NCBI GenBank assembly: GCA_036488495.1
Contig: DASXHM010000276.1
Span: forward strand, 176-64,175
DNA from: Myxococcales bacterium
GTDB taxonomy: Bacteria > Myxococcota > Myxococcia > Myxococcales > 40CM-4-68-19
Reading direction: 5' to 3'
Length of the DNA stretch: 64,000 nt
Shown here: one piece after another, positions 1 to 10,136 of the stretch
Numbering within the stretch: position 1 is the first letter of the stretch
Layout: every line of letters begins with the position of its first letter
Translations under genes and position numbers: made by a program
Notes under the pieces: generated by a model
Told to the model about the DNA's origin: nothing
Databases searched by the model: none
Seen by the model: the letters and a program-made list of their open reading frames with translations, nothing else

Positions 1-1
1 G

Positions 2-2335
2 CGCGAGCAGGTCGAAGGCGGCGCCCACGCGCTCGACGTCTGCGTGGCCCTGACCGAGCGCGCCGACGAGCGCGATCAGATGACCCGCACGGTGCGGATG
101 CTCTCGGGGCAGATCGAGGCGCCGCTCTGCATCGACTCCACCGAGCCCGACGTCGTGGCCGAAGCGCTGGAATGGCTTCCGGGCGTCGGCATCGTCAACA
201 GCGTCCACCTGGAGCGCGGGTGGGAAAAGATCGACAAGACGTTTCCATTGCTCAAGCAATACGGCTCCTGCACGGTGGCGATGACCATCGACGAGAGCGG
301 CATGGCGCTCACCGCCGCGCGCAAGCTGGAGGTCGCGCGGCGCATCTATGACCGGGCATTGAAGGACGGGCTGCAACCCTGGCAGTTGCTCTTTGACGTC
401 CTGACTTTCACGCTCGCGACGGGGGATGCTCAGTACGCGCGGAGCGCAGTCGAAACCATCGACGGCATCGCGGCCATCAAGCGCGAGCTCCCCGGCGCCC
501 TCACGGTGCTGGGCGTCTCCAACGTCAGCTTCGGGCTGGGAAAGTCTACCCGGCCCATCTTGAACAGCGTCTTTCTCACCCATTGTTTGAAGGCGGGGCT
601 GGACGCGGCCATCATCAATCCACGCGACATCTTGCCGTGGAACGAGATCCCGCAGGCCGCGCGCGAGATCGCCGAAGACCTGGTGCTGGCGCGCAAGGAG
701 GATGCGCTGGCGCGGCTCATCCAGCACTTCGAGAACAAGACCGCAGGCCCGGCCAAGGCGGTGGTCGAAAAGACCTACGACACACCGGAAGCGCGGCTGC
801 ACCACCTGATCGTCGACCGGCAGCAGAAGGGGCTCGTCGAAACCATCGACGAATGCCTCAAGACCCGCAGCGCGGTGGGCGTCATCAACGACGTGCTGCT
901 CGGGGCGATGAAAGAAGTGGGCGACCGCTTCGGCGCGGGCGAATTGATCCTGCCGTTCGTCCTGCAGAGCGCGGAGGTGATGAAGAAGGCGGTCGCCTAT
1001 CTCGAGCAGTTCATGGAGAAGAACGATGCCTACTCGCGCGGCACGGTGGTCCTCGCGACCGTCTTCGGCGACGTGCACGACATCGGCAAGAACCTGGTCA
1101 AGACCATTCTCAGCAACAACGGCTACACCGTGCACGACCTCGGCAAGCAGGTGCCGGTGGACAAGATCGTCGACAAAGCCGCGGAGGTGAAGGCGGACGC
1201 CATCGGCCTCTCCGCGCTGCTCGTGTCCACCTCGCGGCAGATGCCGCTCATCATCCAAGAGCTGGACCGCCGCGGCATGAAGCAGCCGGTGATGATTGGC
1301 GGAGCGGCCATCAACCGGAAGTATGGCTGGCGCACGGCGTACGTCGAAGGAACCGACAAGCTGTACGAAGGCGGCGTCTTCTATTGCCGGGATGCCTTCG
1401 AAGGTCTGGATACCGTCAATGCGCTCCGCGAACCGGCCGAGCGCGCCAAGCTGCACGAGAAGCTCAAGCGCGAGGCGCACCTGCACCGCACCATGATGCT
1501 GGCCGGCGCCGAGCGCGCTGCCGGACAACAGCTCGCCGCGGTGACCGACGTGGTGCCGCGCAGCGTTGCCGAGCCACCGAAGGTCAGGCCTCCCTTCTGG
1601 GGGTCGCGCGTCGTGCCGCGCGAAGATTTGGATCTGCGCGACATCTTCGACCGGCTGGATCTGGTCGAGCTCTACAAGCTGCAATGGGGCGTGCGGGTGA
1701 AGTCGCGCGAGGACTACCAGAAGCTCATCGCCGACGAATTCGCCGCCAGGCGGCACGAGCTGCAGGAGGAGTGCATCCGCAACCAGTGGCTGTCGCCGAA
1801 GGTCGTCTACGGTTACTTCCGCTGCGCGGCGAAGGGCAACGACCTGACCGTCTTCGACGACGCTCACAAGCCGCTCTGGACCTTCAACTTCCCCCGCAAG
1901 ATCGAAACGCCGCGCCATTGCCTCGCCGATTACTTCTCCGAGGACGACGTGGTCGCTTTTCAGTGCGTGACGGTGGGAGACCGCGCGACGCAGCTCTGCG
2001 CGGAATGGGAAGCCGCCGGCGAATTCACCAAGTCATACTTCCTGCACGGGCTCGCGGTGGAGACCGCGGAGGCGCTGGCGGAGTATTGGCATCGCCGGGT
2101 GCGCGCGGAGATGGGGCTTCCGGAGGATCAAGGAAAACGCTACAGCGCGGGCTATCCGGCCTGGCCGGACCTCGCCGATCAGAGCGGCGTCTGGGCGATT
2201 TTGAAGCCGGAGCGCATCGGGGTGACGCTGACGGAAGCGCACCAGATGGTGCCGGAGCAGAGCACGAGCGCCATCATCACCTGGCATCCGGAGGCGAGCT
2301 ACTACGCCGTCCGCACCGTCGCGAGCATGCCGTGA
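2..2335 (+). CDS. metH: Cobalamin-dependent methionine synthase, C-terminal approx 777 aa (5' end outside window)
   Basis: The reading frame is open to the window edge. It contains a pterin-binding region, the B12-binding DxHxxG motif (GDVHDIGKNLV) and a C-terminal AdoMet reactivation domain (RYSAGYPAWPDL). Confidence 0.9.
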   Translation, partial: REQVEGGAHALDVCVALTERADERDQMTRTVRMLSGQIEAPLCIDSTEPDVVAEALEWLPGVGIVNSVHLERGWEKIDKTFPLLKQYGSCTVAMTIDESGMALTAARKLEVARRIYDRALKDGLQPWQLLFDVLTFTLATGDAQYARSAVETIDGIAAIKRELPGALTVLGVSNVSFGLGKSTRPILNSVFLTHCLKAGLDAAIINPRDILPWNEIPQAAREIAEDLVLARKEDALARLIQHFENKTAGPAKAVVEKTYDTPEARLHHLIVDRQQKGLVETIDECLKTRSAVGVINDVLLGAMKEVGDRFGAGELILPFVLQSAEVMKKAVAYLEQFMEKNDAYSRGTVVLATVFGDVHDIGKNLVKTILSNNGYTVHDLGKQVPVDKIVDKAAEVKADAIGLSALLVSTSRQMPLIIQELDRRGMKQPVMIGGAAINRKYGWRTAYVEGTDKLYEGGVFYCRDAFEGLDTVNALREPAERAKLHEKLKREAHLHRTMMLAGAERAAGQQLAAVTDVVPRSVAEPPKVRPPFWGSRVVPREDLDLRDIFDRLDLVELYKLQWGVRVKSREDYQKLIADEFAARRHELQEECIRNQWLSPKVVYGYFRCAAKGNDLTVFDDAHKPLWTFNFPRKIETPRHCLADYFSEDDVVAFQCVTVGDRATQLCAEWEAAGEFTKSYFLHGLAVETAEALAEYWHRRVRAEMGLPEDQGKRYSAGYPAWPDLADQSGVWAILKPERIGVTLTEAHQMVPEQSTSAIITWHPEASYYAVRTVASMP

Positions 2336-4107
2336 TCCGGTTCAACCGGCTTCCCGACGAGCGGCTGACCGGCGAGCTGAATGCGCTCGGGAGACAGATC
2401 GATCGCAACCACAGGGATTTGACGAGCGAGGAGGTGTCACGCGGCCTCGTCGCCGTGACTCAAAGTCCCTTCAACTACGGGCTCGTCGACCTGAGCGACG
2501 AGCAGCACCTCGGCCTCCTCTACTACTGGATCGTCCAGGTCCGCACGGTTACGTCCGACAAGTACGGCAGGGCCGCGCGCATCTATCGGAGCGACGCCGA
2601 GCTCGAAACGCTCCAGCGACGGCTCGACGTGGACCTCTATGACCACGGCTTCTACAAGCTGGCAATCATCGGCCGCGGCAGCGCGGCGGCTTATTACGTC
2701 AATGCGCTCGGGGAGGGCTACACCCACAATCACACGCTCTTGATCGGCGAACCGGATCCGTGGGTTTCGTCGGCGCACCCCCGCTCGCGCGGCGACGGGT
2801 ACATCAACCACGAGGAGCACCTGATCGGGCAGTGGGGACCGACCGTTCCCGCCTTCAGCACCGACTACATGCGGCGAAGTGACTTTGCCCGCAGCAACGA
2901 GGCCATCCTCGACCGCATCGGCAATCAGCGACGGGACTCGGTGCTGAAGATCGAGCCGGGCGCTGTGCCCTGGATTCGGATCGACCTCGTGAGCGGAGAG
3001 CGAGTCTGGGCGAAGAAGGTCATCATCGCCACCGGCGCCGGACCGCACGCGAAGCGCGGGTTCGAGGTCTCGGGCGGCGCGAAATCGAAGGCCGTCGATC
3101 TCGACACGTTCATGCGCGCCCACCCGCAACGCTCGACCCTCGGCCGCCGCAGGTCGGTGGTCGTCCACGGGCCGAATGCCGGGATCGACGCGGTGGAGCG
3201 CGCGGGCGAGGTCGAATACGAGCGGATCTTGTGGTTCATGTCGGAGAGCAGCTCCCCCGTGTTCCTCTCGGGCAACCGGCTGCAGCACGCGACGCACGTG
3301 CCGCCGACGAAATTGATCGAGCGCGACGCATTCGGCGGCCTCAGTCCCAAACCGCAGAAGTCGATCGTCATGATCGACAACGCGCCGCGCGGCGACCGGA
3401 TCGTGGTGTCGTACGTCATCCCCAGCGGCGCGGTGCGGACCGCGGAAGTGGACCTCTACGTCTATGCGCTCGGGCAGGACGCCAATGAGCGGGGCGCGGT
3501 CCTCGGCATGCTCGACGACAGCATCAAGACCCGTTTGATTCCCATCCATGACCTCCAGCGCCGCTTTGGCGACAACGAACAGGCCGCAATCGTCGGCTTC
3601 CAATGGAATCAAACGACGTTGCGCTACGGGGTGGAGATCATCGGCGCGGCGGCCTTGCAAGTGGCGGTCGGCGGGCAGCGGGACTTGGTGACCCGGGTGG
3701 CGAAGATGCAGCCGGGCACGGTGCTGACCGGCGATCAACTGGGGACCATCAAGAGCGCCATCGGGGCGCGCGGCGCGGTCATGCCTCGCTACGTGTCCCG
3801 CGAAGTGAACCTGAGCACCGACGATCGAACCGTGCTCCGCACGCACATCGCGGTGAAGTATCCCAACATCGACGAGGCGCAGGCGCAGCGGATCATCGAG
3901 GCCGTCCTCTCCTGGCGCCGCACCACCTCCGACGACATGTCACGCGGCTTCCACCCGCTCGGTTACGACGAGTGGTGGCAGCGCCACTTCCGCCAGATGC
4001 TGGAATACTGGAACGCGCGTCCCCAGGACCGAAGCGAGCTGGTGGTGAGGCACCGATTGGAGAACCAACAGGGTTTCCGCGGACGGCCCGGGTTCCAGAC
4101 GCGTTGA
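2332..4107 (+). CDS. Hypothetical two-dinucleotide-binding-domain flavoprotein-like oxidoreductase (591 aa), function unknown
   Basis: GTG at 2332 overlaps the metH TGA (GTGA). It has Rossmann fingerprints IIGRGSAAAYYV and VVVHGPNAGIDAVERAG plus an ATG motif (KVIIATGAGP). The upstream part of track ORF 583..4107 is an Arg/Gly-rich out-of-frame artefact over metH. Confidence 0.6.
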   Translation: MIRFNRLPDERLTGELNALGRQIDRNHRDLTSEEVSRGLVAVTQSPFNYGLVDLSDEQHLGLLYYWIVQVRTVTSDKYGRAARIYRSDAELETLQRRLDVDLYDHGFYKLAIIGRGSAAAYYVNALGEGYTHNHTLLIGEPDPWVSSAHPRSRGDGYINHEEHLIGQWGPTVPAFSTDYMRRSDFARSNEAILDRIGNQRRDSVLKIEPGAVPWIRIDLVSGERVWAKKVIIATGAGPHAKRGFEVSGGAKSKAVDLDTFMRAHPQRSTLGRRRSVVVHGPNAGIDAVERAGEVEYERILWFMSESSSPVFLSGNRLQHATHVPPTKLIERDAFGGLSPKPQKSIVMIDNAPRGDRIVVSYVIPSGAVRTAEVDLYVYALGQDANERGAVLGMLDDSIKTRLIPIHDLQRRFGDNEQAAIVGFQWNQTTLRYGVEIIGAAALQVAVGGQRDLVTRVAKMQPGTVLTGDQLGTIKSAIGARGAVMPRYVSREVNLSTDDRTVLRTHIAVKYPNIDEAQAQRIIEAVLSWRRTTSDDMSRGFHPLGYDEWWQRHFRQMLEYWNARPQDRSELVVRHRLENQQGFRGRPGFQTR

Positions 4108-4116
4108 TTCCGCTGC

Positions 4117-4473
4117 TCAGAGCGCGCGCGGCACGGCCGTCAGCGGGCCACCTGCGTCGCCCGTGTTGACGACTCCCTGCGGCTCGACCAGCAGCATCTC
4201 GCACTCTTCTGCCGCGAATGGCTTGTGCTCTACGCCGCGCGGGACCACGTACAATTCGCCCGGTCCGAGCTCGACGGCGCCGTCGCGCAGGTCGATGCGC
4301 AGCTTGCCGCGGAGGACGAGAAACAGTTCGTCCGTTTCGGCGTGCGAATGCCAGACGAAATCGCCCTGCACTTTGACGACCTTCACTTCGTAATCGTTGA
4401 GCTGCGCTACGGAGCGCGGCGCCCAGTAGTCCGAAAAGAACGACAGCTTCTCGGCGAGATTCACTTTGGGCAT
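4117..4473 (-). CDS. Cupin-domain protein (118 aa)
   Basis: Cupin motifs are present: [16 protein letters not shown] and [14 protein letters not shown]. Confidence 0.75.
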   Translation of the reverse strand: MPKVNLAEKLSFFSDYWAPRSVAQLNDYEVKVVKVQGDFVWHSHAETDELFLVLRGKLRIDLRDGAVELGPGELYVVPRGVEHKPFAAEECEMLLVEPQGVVNTGDAGGPLTAVPRAL

Positions 4474-4530
4474 GGGCGGATTCTTATCGCCGTCGCGGGC
4501 CGGTCACAATGACGCCGTGAGCTTGCCCTC

Positions 4531-5385
4531 TCACTGTGCGTCCCAGGCGGCGATGACGAGTCGGGCGACCTCGTCGGGCGCGTCGAGATGCACATGGTGG
4601 CCGGTGCTGGGGATGGTGTGCAGGTCGTAGCGGAGCATCGGCAGGCGCGACCGCAGCTCGCCCTCGTCGGGCAGGATTCCCTTCTCGGCTCGAAGCAGCA
4701 GCAGTTTCGTGGTCACCTGCGCTGCGAGGAGGCCGACGATGTCTTGGGTCACGGGCAACGGCGAGCGCGCCCGCAAGAGCGGGTCCCACTTCCAAGCGAA
4801 GCCGTTCGATGACGCCGCACTTTCGACGTGCGCGACGTTGCCTTGCGCGAGAACGAGCGCGGCTTCGCGCTTGAGCGAGGCGTTGTTGCGCATCAGGCGC
4901 TCGGCCGCGTCTTCGACGGAAGCCACCTTGCGCCGCTCGCGCTTCGCGGGAGTTGCGCGCAGATCTTCCAAATGCTTCGTCACCCGCGGCGGCACGTCCT
5001 TCGGCTCCTGCGTGATCGGCAGCGCGTCGATCATCGTCAGGTGGCTGATGCGCCCCGGCTGCGCGCCGCAGTAGAGCAGCGCCGAGGCCGCGCCCATCGA
5101 GTGGCCGACGATGCGGACCGGTTCGCCAGCGCCGAAGTGTTCGACCGCGCCGTCGATGTCCGCGAGATAGTCGATGAAGTGGTAGAAGCCGCCCGGCCCG
5201 AGCCACGCCGAGTCGCCGTGGCCGCGAAAGTCGATCGCCACCGTGCGCCCCGGCAAGAGCGGCGCGAGCAGATCGAAGGAGCCGGCGTGGTCGAGCCAGC
5301 CGTGGAGCAAGAGCGTCAGCGGGCCATCGCCGCGGACCTTCGCGTGCAGCCGCAGCCCGCGCACTTCGAAGAACGAATCGAGCAC
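4531..5385 (-). CDS. Alpha/beta-fold hydrolase
   Basis: LLLHGWLDH oxyanion region, nucleophile elbow GHSMGA, and a C-terminal HHVHLD histidine region. Confidence 0.8.
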   Translation of the reverse strand: MLDSFFEVRGLRLHAKVRGDGPLTLLLHGWLDHAGSFDLLAPLLPGRTVAIDFRGHGDSAWLGPGGFYHFIDYLADIDGAVEHFGAGEPVRIVGHSMGAASALLYCGAQPGRISHLTMIDALPITQEPKDVPPRVTKHLEDLRATPAKRERRKVASVEDAAERLMRNNASLKREAALVLAQGNVAHVESAASSNGFAWKWDPLLRARSPLPVTQDIVGLLAAQVTTKLLLLRAEKGILPDEGELRSRLPMLRYDLHTIPSTGHHVHLDAPDEVARLVIAAWDAQ

Positions 5386-5438
5386 GTTCGCGAAACTAGC
5401 ACCTTGACCGATCGCCAGCCGGACGCTACACGCGCGCC

Positions 5439-5936
5439 ATGGCCAATCCGCTCGTCGGCATCATCATGGGCAGCAAGACGGACCTCGAAGTGCTCAAGGG
5501 CGCAACCGAGGTCTTGACCGAATTCGGCGTCGAGCACGAGGTTCGCGTGCTCTCGGCGCACCGCACGCCGGAGCAGGTCCTGGAGTGGTCGTCGACCGCC
5601 GAGCAGCGCGGCTTCGAAGTGCTGATCGCGGCGGCCGGCGGCGCCGCGCATTTGCCGGGAGTGGTCGCCGCCAAGACGGTGCTGCCTGTCCTGGGCGTGC
5701 CGGTGCCCTCGACGACGCTGGGTGGCGCAGACGCGCTCTTGTCGATCGTCCAGATGCCGAAGGGCATCCCGGTCGGAACGCTCGCCATCGGCAAGCCGGG
5801 CGCGGCCAACGCGGCGCTTCTGGCCATCGCCATCATGGGCGCGAAGCGGCCCGAGCTGCGCGAGAAGCTCAAGGCCTGGCGCAAGAAGCGCTCCGAGGAA
5901 GTGCAAAAGGCCGACGCCGAAGTCCGCGGCGCCTGA
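5439..5936 (+). CDS. purE: N5-carboxyaminoimidazole ribonucleotide mutase
   Basis: Typical PurE sequence: [36 protein letters not shown]. Confidence 0.9.
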   Translation: MANPLVGIIMGSKTDLEVLKGATEVLTEFGVEHEVRVLSAHRTPEQVLEWSSTAEQRGFEVLIAAAGGAAHLPGVVAAKTVLPVLGVPVPSTTLGGADALLSIVQMPKGIPVGTLAIGKPGAANAALLAIAIMGAKRPELREKLKAWRKKRSEEVQKADAEVRGA

Positions 5937-5997
5937 GGTCGCAGCACCGGCACGTCAGGTCGTTGCAGGGACGAGCAACCGTGCGCACCCTTGCGGT

Positions 5998-7185
5998 ATG
6001 CGCAACTTGGCCACCGCCGTTCTTCTCGCCTGCGGGTGCGCGGCTGCACGCCAGCCGGCTGAGCCCGCAGCGCCGGATGCATCCTTCGTGCGGGACGCGG
6101 ATGCCGGGACTCCGGAGGACGCCGGCGTTGTCGATGTCGGCACGGACGCCGGGAGCACACCCGCAGCCGGACAGGACGCGGGACCAAGCGATGTGGGGCG
6201 GGTCTATTCGCCACTCGTCGGGGCGGACGGCGGCGAGATGAGGCTGGTCGTGGACGTCGAGCCTGGTTCGTCCTGTGCGTCGTTGATGCCGGAACCGGTC
6301 GACGCCGTCGTCACCGACATCGATATCTCGCCGAACCGGCTGTTCTGGTTCGGCGGGACGACGAATGGTCGCGGCGACCTCTTGATCACCGCCGGCACCG
6401 ACTGCTGCAATTTCTTCGCGACAGCGTCGGATGGCGGGGTGCAGAGAATCGCAGAAGCCGGCCCGATCGTGCCCCAGGCCGACAACTTCCTGTTCGATTC
6501 AATCGAGCAAGGGGCGTGCCTCATCTGCAACGCGACCCTGATGACCTACCCGGGGGCCGGGATCGTCCCCCTCGGCACCGGCCTCGCCGATTCGAAGAAT
6601 TGCAGCTTCGCGGCGCGAACCGAGCGCGACGGCGCCTACGTGAGCTGCACCGGTCCGTTCCTGCCCGAAGTGAAACCGCCGACCTTCTCTCGCTACGACG
6701 CCTCCTTGGGCCTGGTCTGGACCAAGACGGGCAATGGCAACTGGCTGGTCGGTGTCGACGCGCAGGACAAGCTGCTCGAGGCGAATTTGAACGACCAATG
6801 GCGTTGGGTCGACGAGTCGCTGACACCACTCAGCGAATGGTTCTCGGCGGGCGGATTCCCTTCGCCGCTCATCGGCGGTGGCTTCCTGGACGGCACGACG
6901 CGCGTCATCCCGTCCGGCAGCGCCGCCGTCATGCCGGTGCCCGATTGGCTGGCCGCTCGATCGGGCGTCAACATCGTCCGCGGCGGCCGCGCCTACGCGC
7001 TGTCGGCGGGCGATTGCGCTCTCGAAATTCGCGATCCCGCGGGGACCCTGTGCGGGGCCGTGACGATCGTGAACTGCCGCCGGCCGCCTTCGGCGAGCTT
7101 GGATGGCAGCATCACCATGGACACAAACCAGATTGGCGCTTCGTCGCAAACGCGCTACGTCACCTGGCCGCGGCTGTTGCGCTGA
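5998..7185 (+). CDS. Hypothetical Cys-rich lipoprotein (395 aa)
   Basis: ATG at 5998 followed by the lipobox LLACGC. An Asp/Ala/Gly-rich linker precedes a Cys-containing globular part. I recognise no family. Confidence 0.55.
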   Translation: MRNLATAVLLACGCAAARQPAEPAAPDASFVRDADAGTPEDAGVVDVGTDAGSTPAAGQDAGPSDVGRVYSPLVGADGGEMRLVVDVEPGSSCASLMPEPVDAVVTDIDISPNRLFWFGGTTNGRGDLLITAGTDCCNFFATASDGGVQRIAEAGPIVPQADNFLFDSIEQGACLICNATLMTYPGAGIVPLGTGLADSKNCSFAARTERDGAYVSCTGPFLPEVKPPTFSRYDASLGLVWTKTGNGNWLVGVDAQDKLLEANLNDQWRWVDESLTPLSEWFSAGGFPSPLIGGGFLDGTTRVIPSGSAAVMPVPDWLAARSGVNIVRGGRAYALSAGDCALEIRDPAGTLCGAVTIVNCRRPPSASLDGSITMDTNQIGASSQTRYVTWPRLLR

Positions 7186-7226
7186 GCCGACGGTTGCGCT
7201 GAGCGGCTCTTGCGCTCAGGCGGCCG

Positions 7227-7814
7227 CTACGACGAGCTCGGGACGATCGCGTTCAAGAACGCCTGATCGTCGAACACTTGGTGAATGCCGGCCTCGAGCG
7301 CCCGGTCGAGCGCGAGCTCGGCATTGGCTCCGCTCGCGAGCTGGATGCCGCGCTCGTCACCCGAGACGCTGTAGTTGCGGACGAACAGCACCGCTCCTGC
7401 GGGCCTTCGTACCTGGACGTTGAGTTGGAAGTCCGCGACGGCGTCGCCGCTGAACATGCCCATCTTGAAGTCGTTCCAGAAGCGAGTGACCTCGACCGCC
7501 ACCACAATGTTGCCGGCGTTGTTCAGCTTCACGCCGCGGTTGCGGAGCTCGGTCTCCACCGCCGACAGGACCACGCGCTCGACCGGCGCGTCGGAGCGGA
7601 TCGCGGCCATCTCGATGCCGTAGCCGTTCTTCTTCACGCTGACGCGCGTCCGGTCGCTGCGGGCGTCGCGGATGTCGACCGTCGCGACCACGCTTTCAGC
7701 ACCCGACAGGTGGCCCGGCCGATCCATCGGCATGTACGTCAAATGGACGCGGTCTTCGGTGAAAGCGCACGCGCTCGAGAGCGCGACGATGGCGATCAAA
7801 AGGGTTCTCTGCAT
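7227..7814 (-). CDS. Putative lipoprotein (195 aa)
   Basis: Signal peptide with lipobox ALSSAC. Size and pattern are reminiscent of YajG-like lipoproteins, but that assignment is weak. Confidence 0.6.
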   Translation of the reverse strand: MQRTLLIAIVALSSACAFTEDRVHLTYMPMDRPGHLSGAESVVATVDIRDARSDRTRVSVKKNGYGIEMAAIRSDAPVERVVLSAVETELRNRGVKLNNAGNIVVAVEVTRFWNDFKMGMFSGDAVADFQLNVQVRRPAGAVLFVRNYSVSGDERGIQLASGANAELALDRALEAGIHQVFDDQAFLNAIVPSSS

Positions 7815-7852
7815 GGCGAGGATTGAACCCGAACCCTCGCGCGCAGGTCAAG

Positions 7853-8515
7853 TCAGCGCACTTTGACGCCCATGGCCAGCCCTTCCGCCGTCGGCAGCAT
7901 GGTCGCGCGGAAGCGGCCGGATTGCGCCAGGTTTTCGTTGAATTTGCGAATCGCTTGGACGCCTGCGTCGCCGCTCTCTAGATGCACTTCGCCGAAGGCG
8001 AAGGCGTTGTCGGCGAGGACGATGCCGCCCATTCGCAGGTGCTCCGCGGACCACTGCAGATAGCCGGGATAGGAGATCTTGTCGGCGTCGATGAAGACGA
8101 GGTCGACTTCGCCTTTGACCTCGTCGAGCTTTTGCAAAGCGGGGCCGACGTGGACGTGCGCGCGCCCTTCGAAGCCGGCTTTCTTGAACGACTCCCGCGC
8201 GACCTGTGCGTGATGCTCCGACAGCTCGAAGGTGTGGAGGACGCCTGACGAACCCATGCCGCGCAACAGGCACACGCCGCTGTAGCCGCCGAGGGTACCG
8301 ATCTCCACCGCCGTGCGTGCGCCGATCGCCCGCGCCAGCACTTCCAGGTGAAGGCCGTCCATCTGGCCGACGGCGATGGTGGGCAGCCCTTCGCGCTGCG
8401 CGCGCTCGCGGATTTCGCGAAGCACGTCGTCTTCCGGCTGGAACGTGCGAAGCGCCCACTGCGCGAGCTCAAGAGCGCCCTGGCCGAAACCTTTCTGAGG
8501 AGGGGAGGATGGCAT
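7853..8515 (-). CDS. Class I SAM-dependent O-methyltransferase (caffeoyl-CoA OMT-like family 3)
   Basis: VEIGTLGGYSG motif I, VFIDADK, and GGIVLADNAF. Confidence 0.8.
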   Translation of the reverse strand: MPSSPPQKGFGQGALELAQWALRTFQPEDDVLREIRERAQREGLPTIAVGQMDGLHLEVLARAIGARTAVEIGTLGGYSGVCLLRGMGSSGVLHTFELSEHHAQVARESFKKAGFEGRAHVHVGPALQKLDEVKGEVDLVFIDADKISYPGYLQWSAEHLRMGGIVLADNAFAFGEVHLESGDAGVQAIRKFNENLAQSGRFRATMLPTAEGLAMGVKVR

Positions 8516-8525
8516 GCGGCGGACT

Positions 8526-9380
8526 CTACTCCGGGCCGGTGCGAAACGTCTCGAGGAGCATGCCGACGAGATCCGCGCGATAGACCGCGACGAAGCCCAG
8601 GCCCGCGAGGCAAACGAGGCCGAGACACGCGTGCAAGAAGCGGTTGCGCCGGGCCGCTGCCAGCCGGGCGCCGCTCAAGACGGACAGGGCCGCGCCGCCG
8701 AGAACGAGCGTGAGCACGGCCGTGCGCGGAGCCGGATCGATGCGCGTCGACAACACCGCCAACACCGCCAGGACGGGCAGGACGATGCGCGTCTCGGCGG
8801 GAAGCGGCCACAGCCGCCGAAAGCCTTGGACGAAGAACACGACCGCGATCAGGAGCGACAGCGCGCCACCAAGCCAGGCCAACCGCTGCCGCCGCTGCAG
8901 CACGCGCGCCTGTTTGACGTCGATCTGCGAAAGCTCGCGCACGGCTGCGTCGCGAGAGCGCGCGGCATGCCCGTACCACTGGAGCGCCGCGCCGTAATCG
9001 CGCTCGAACGCTGCGGCATCGCCCATGCCCAACCAACTGCGCTCGGTCCAGACGGAGTCGGGATGGTCGCGCCAGAGCCGCGCAAACCACGCCCGCGCGC
9101 CCGCGCGATCGCCCGACACGAGACGAGCGTTGCCAATCCAGTACTCCGCGCGGTCGTGCTCCTCGAAGGGCCCTTCGTCGACCAGCGCGGCGACTTCGCG
9201 GAAGGTCTGCGCAGGCGGCCGGTCCGGATAGGTGCGCAGCAGCTCGACGAACCGCTCCTGCCGCGAAGCAGCCGCGCCGTCCTGCGTCGAGACCGCTGCT
9301 CCGGGCCGCGACGCTGCTGCGACGGCGTCGTGCGGCGAGACCTGCGCCGGCACCAGCGTCAAGAAGAGCGCGAGGATCAA
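8526..9380 (-). CDS. TPR-like membrane protein (start uncertain)
   Basis: The only in-frame start downstream of arfB is TTG at 9380, which overlaps the arfB TGA. There is an N-terminal hydrophobic segment, TPR-like helices (AEYWIGNARL, AALQWYGHAA) and 3-4 C-terminal TM helices. The upstream part of track ORF 8526..9671 overlaps arfB. Confidence 0.5.
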   Translation of the reverse strand: MILALFLTLVPAQVSPHDAVAAASRPGAAVSTQDGAAASRQERFVELLRTYPDRPPAQTFREVAALVDEGPFEEHDRAEYWIGNARLVSGDRAGARAWFARLWRDHPDSVWTERSWLGMGDAAAFERDYGAALQWYGHAARSRDAAVRELSQIDVKQARVLQRRQRLAWLGGALSLLIAVVFFVQGFRRLWPLPAETRIVLPVLAVLAVLSTRIDPAPRTAVLTLVLGGAALSVLSGARLAAARRNRFLHACLGLVCLAGLGFVAVYRADLVGMLLETFRTGPE

Positions 9381-9718
9381 ACATCCCGCCGCAGCGCCTT
9401 CTTGCGCGACACCAGTTTCTTCGCCTCGAGGCGCCGCTCCTTCGCCCCGCGCGACGGCTTCGTCTTCTTCCGCGGCGGCGGCCGGTACGCTCTTCGCGCG
9501 AGCTTTTCCCGCAGCCGCCCGACCGCGGCGCGGATGTTGGAGAGCTGCGAGCGCTGGTCCTTGCCTTCGGCGACGACGCCGGTCGGCAGGTGCGTGAGCC
9601 GCACGGCGGTGTCGGTCTTGTTCCGGTGCTGTCCGCCGGGGCCGCTCCCCCGGTGCGTCTGCATCTCGCACTGGGCAAGGAGCGCCTCGTCGGACAGCTC
9701 GTGATAGGCCGGCTCCAC
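9377..9718 (-). CDS. arfB: Peptidyl-tRNA hydrolase ArfB-like (class I release-factor GGQ domain protein)
   Basis: GPGGQHRNKTDTAVRL GGQ motif and a basic C-terminal tail (KKTKPSRGAKERRLEAKK). I prefer the GTG at 9718 because the ATG at 9787 would overlap the 3' end of the upstream gene by 55 nt. Confidence 0.7.
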   Translation of the reverse strand: MEPAYHELSDEALLAQCEMQTHRGSGPGGQHRNKTDTAVRLTHLPTGVVAEGKDQRSQLSNIRAAVGRLREKLARRAYRPPPRKKTKPSRGAKERRLEAKKLVSRKKALRRDV

Positions 9719-9731
9719 GGCCGCGCTTATA

Positions 9732-10034
9732 TCAAGCGAGCTGGTCCTTGGCCGCTGCCTCGATCTGCCGCGCCAGCCGCACGTCACGGTCGGTGATGCC
9801 GCCCGCGTCGTGGCTGGCGAGGGTCAGCGTGACCTTGTGCATCTGGATGAGGATGTCCGGGTGGTGGTCGGCGCGGGTGGCGATTTCGCCGACGGTGCTG
9901 GCGAACGCCATCGCGGCCTTGAACCCCTTCAGATCGAACTCCTTGCGCAGCGCGTTCTGGTCCTGCTTCCACCCCGGCAGCTCGGCGAGCGCGGTGCGCA
10001 CCTCCGCGTCGCTGGCGAGCTTCTTGTCGGCCAT
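9732..10034 (-). CDS. phhB: Pterin-4-alpha-carbinolamine dehydratase
   Basis: 100 aa with the DHHPD motif (ADHHPDILIQMHKVTLTLASHD). AAGGAG lies 7 nt upstream of the ATG. The rest of track ORF 9732..11240 is antisense to pepP. Confidence 0.85.
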   Translation of the reverse strand: MADKKLASDAEVRTALAELPGWKQDQNALRKEFDLKGFKAAMAFASTVGEIATRADHHPDILIQMHKVTLTLASHDAGGITDRDVRLARQIEAAAKDQLA

Positions 10035-10136
10035 GGAGAGCTCCTTTCTGAGCGATTGTCCGCCACAAGGTACGCAGGACGACGGACCTTCGCAGCGCCC
10101 CCTTCGCGCAAAAGTCTTGTTAGAACGTCTTTTCGT

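Noticed and set aside
583-2331. Upstream approx 580 codons of track ORF 583..4107, which overlap metH in another frame
   Set aside because: The translation is an Arg/Gly/Ala/Pro-rich string typical of off-frame ORFs in GC-rich DNA. metH occupies the region with clear motifs, and the plausible gene starts at the GTG at 2332.
7978-9678. 566-aa minus-strand ORF spanning the methyltransferase, TPR-protein and arfB region
   Set aside because: It has Arg/Ala/Ser-rich low-complexity composition and overlaps three ORFs that carry recognisable motifs. It is a GC-driven artefact.
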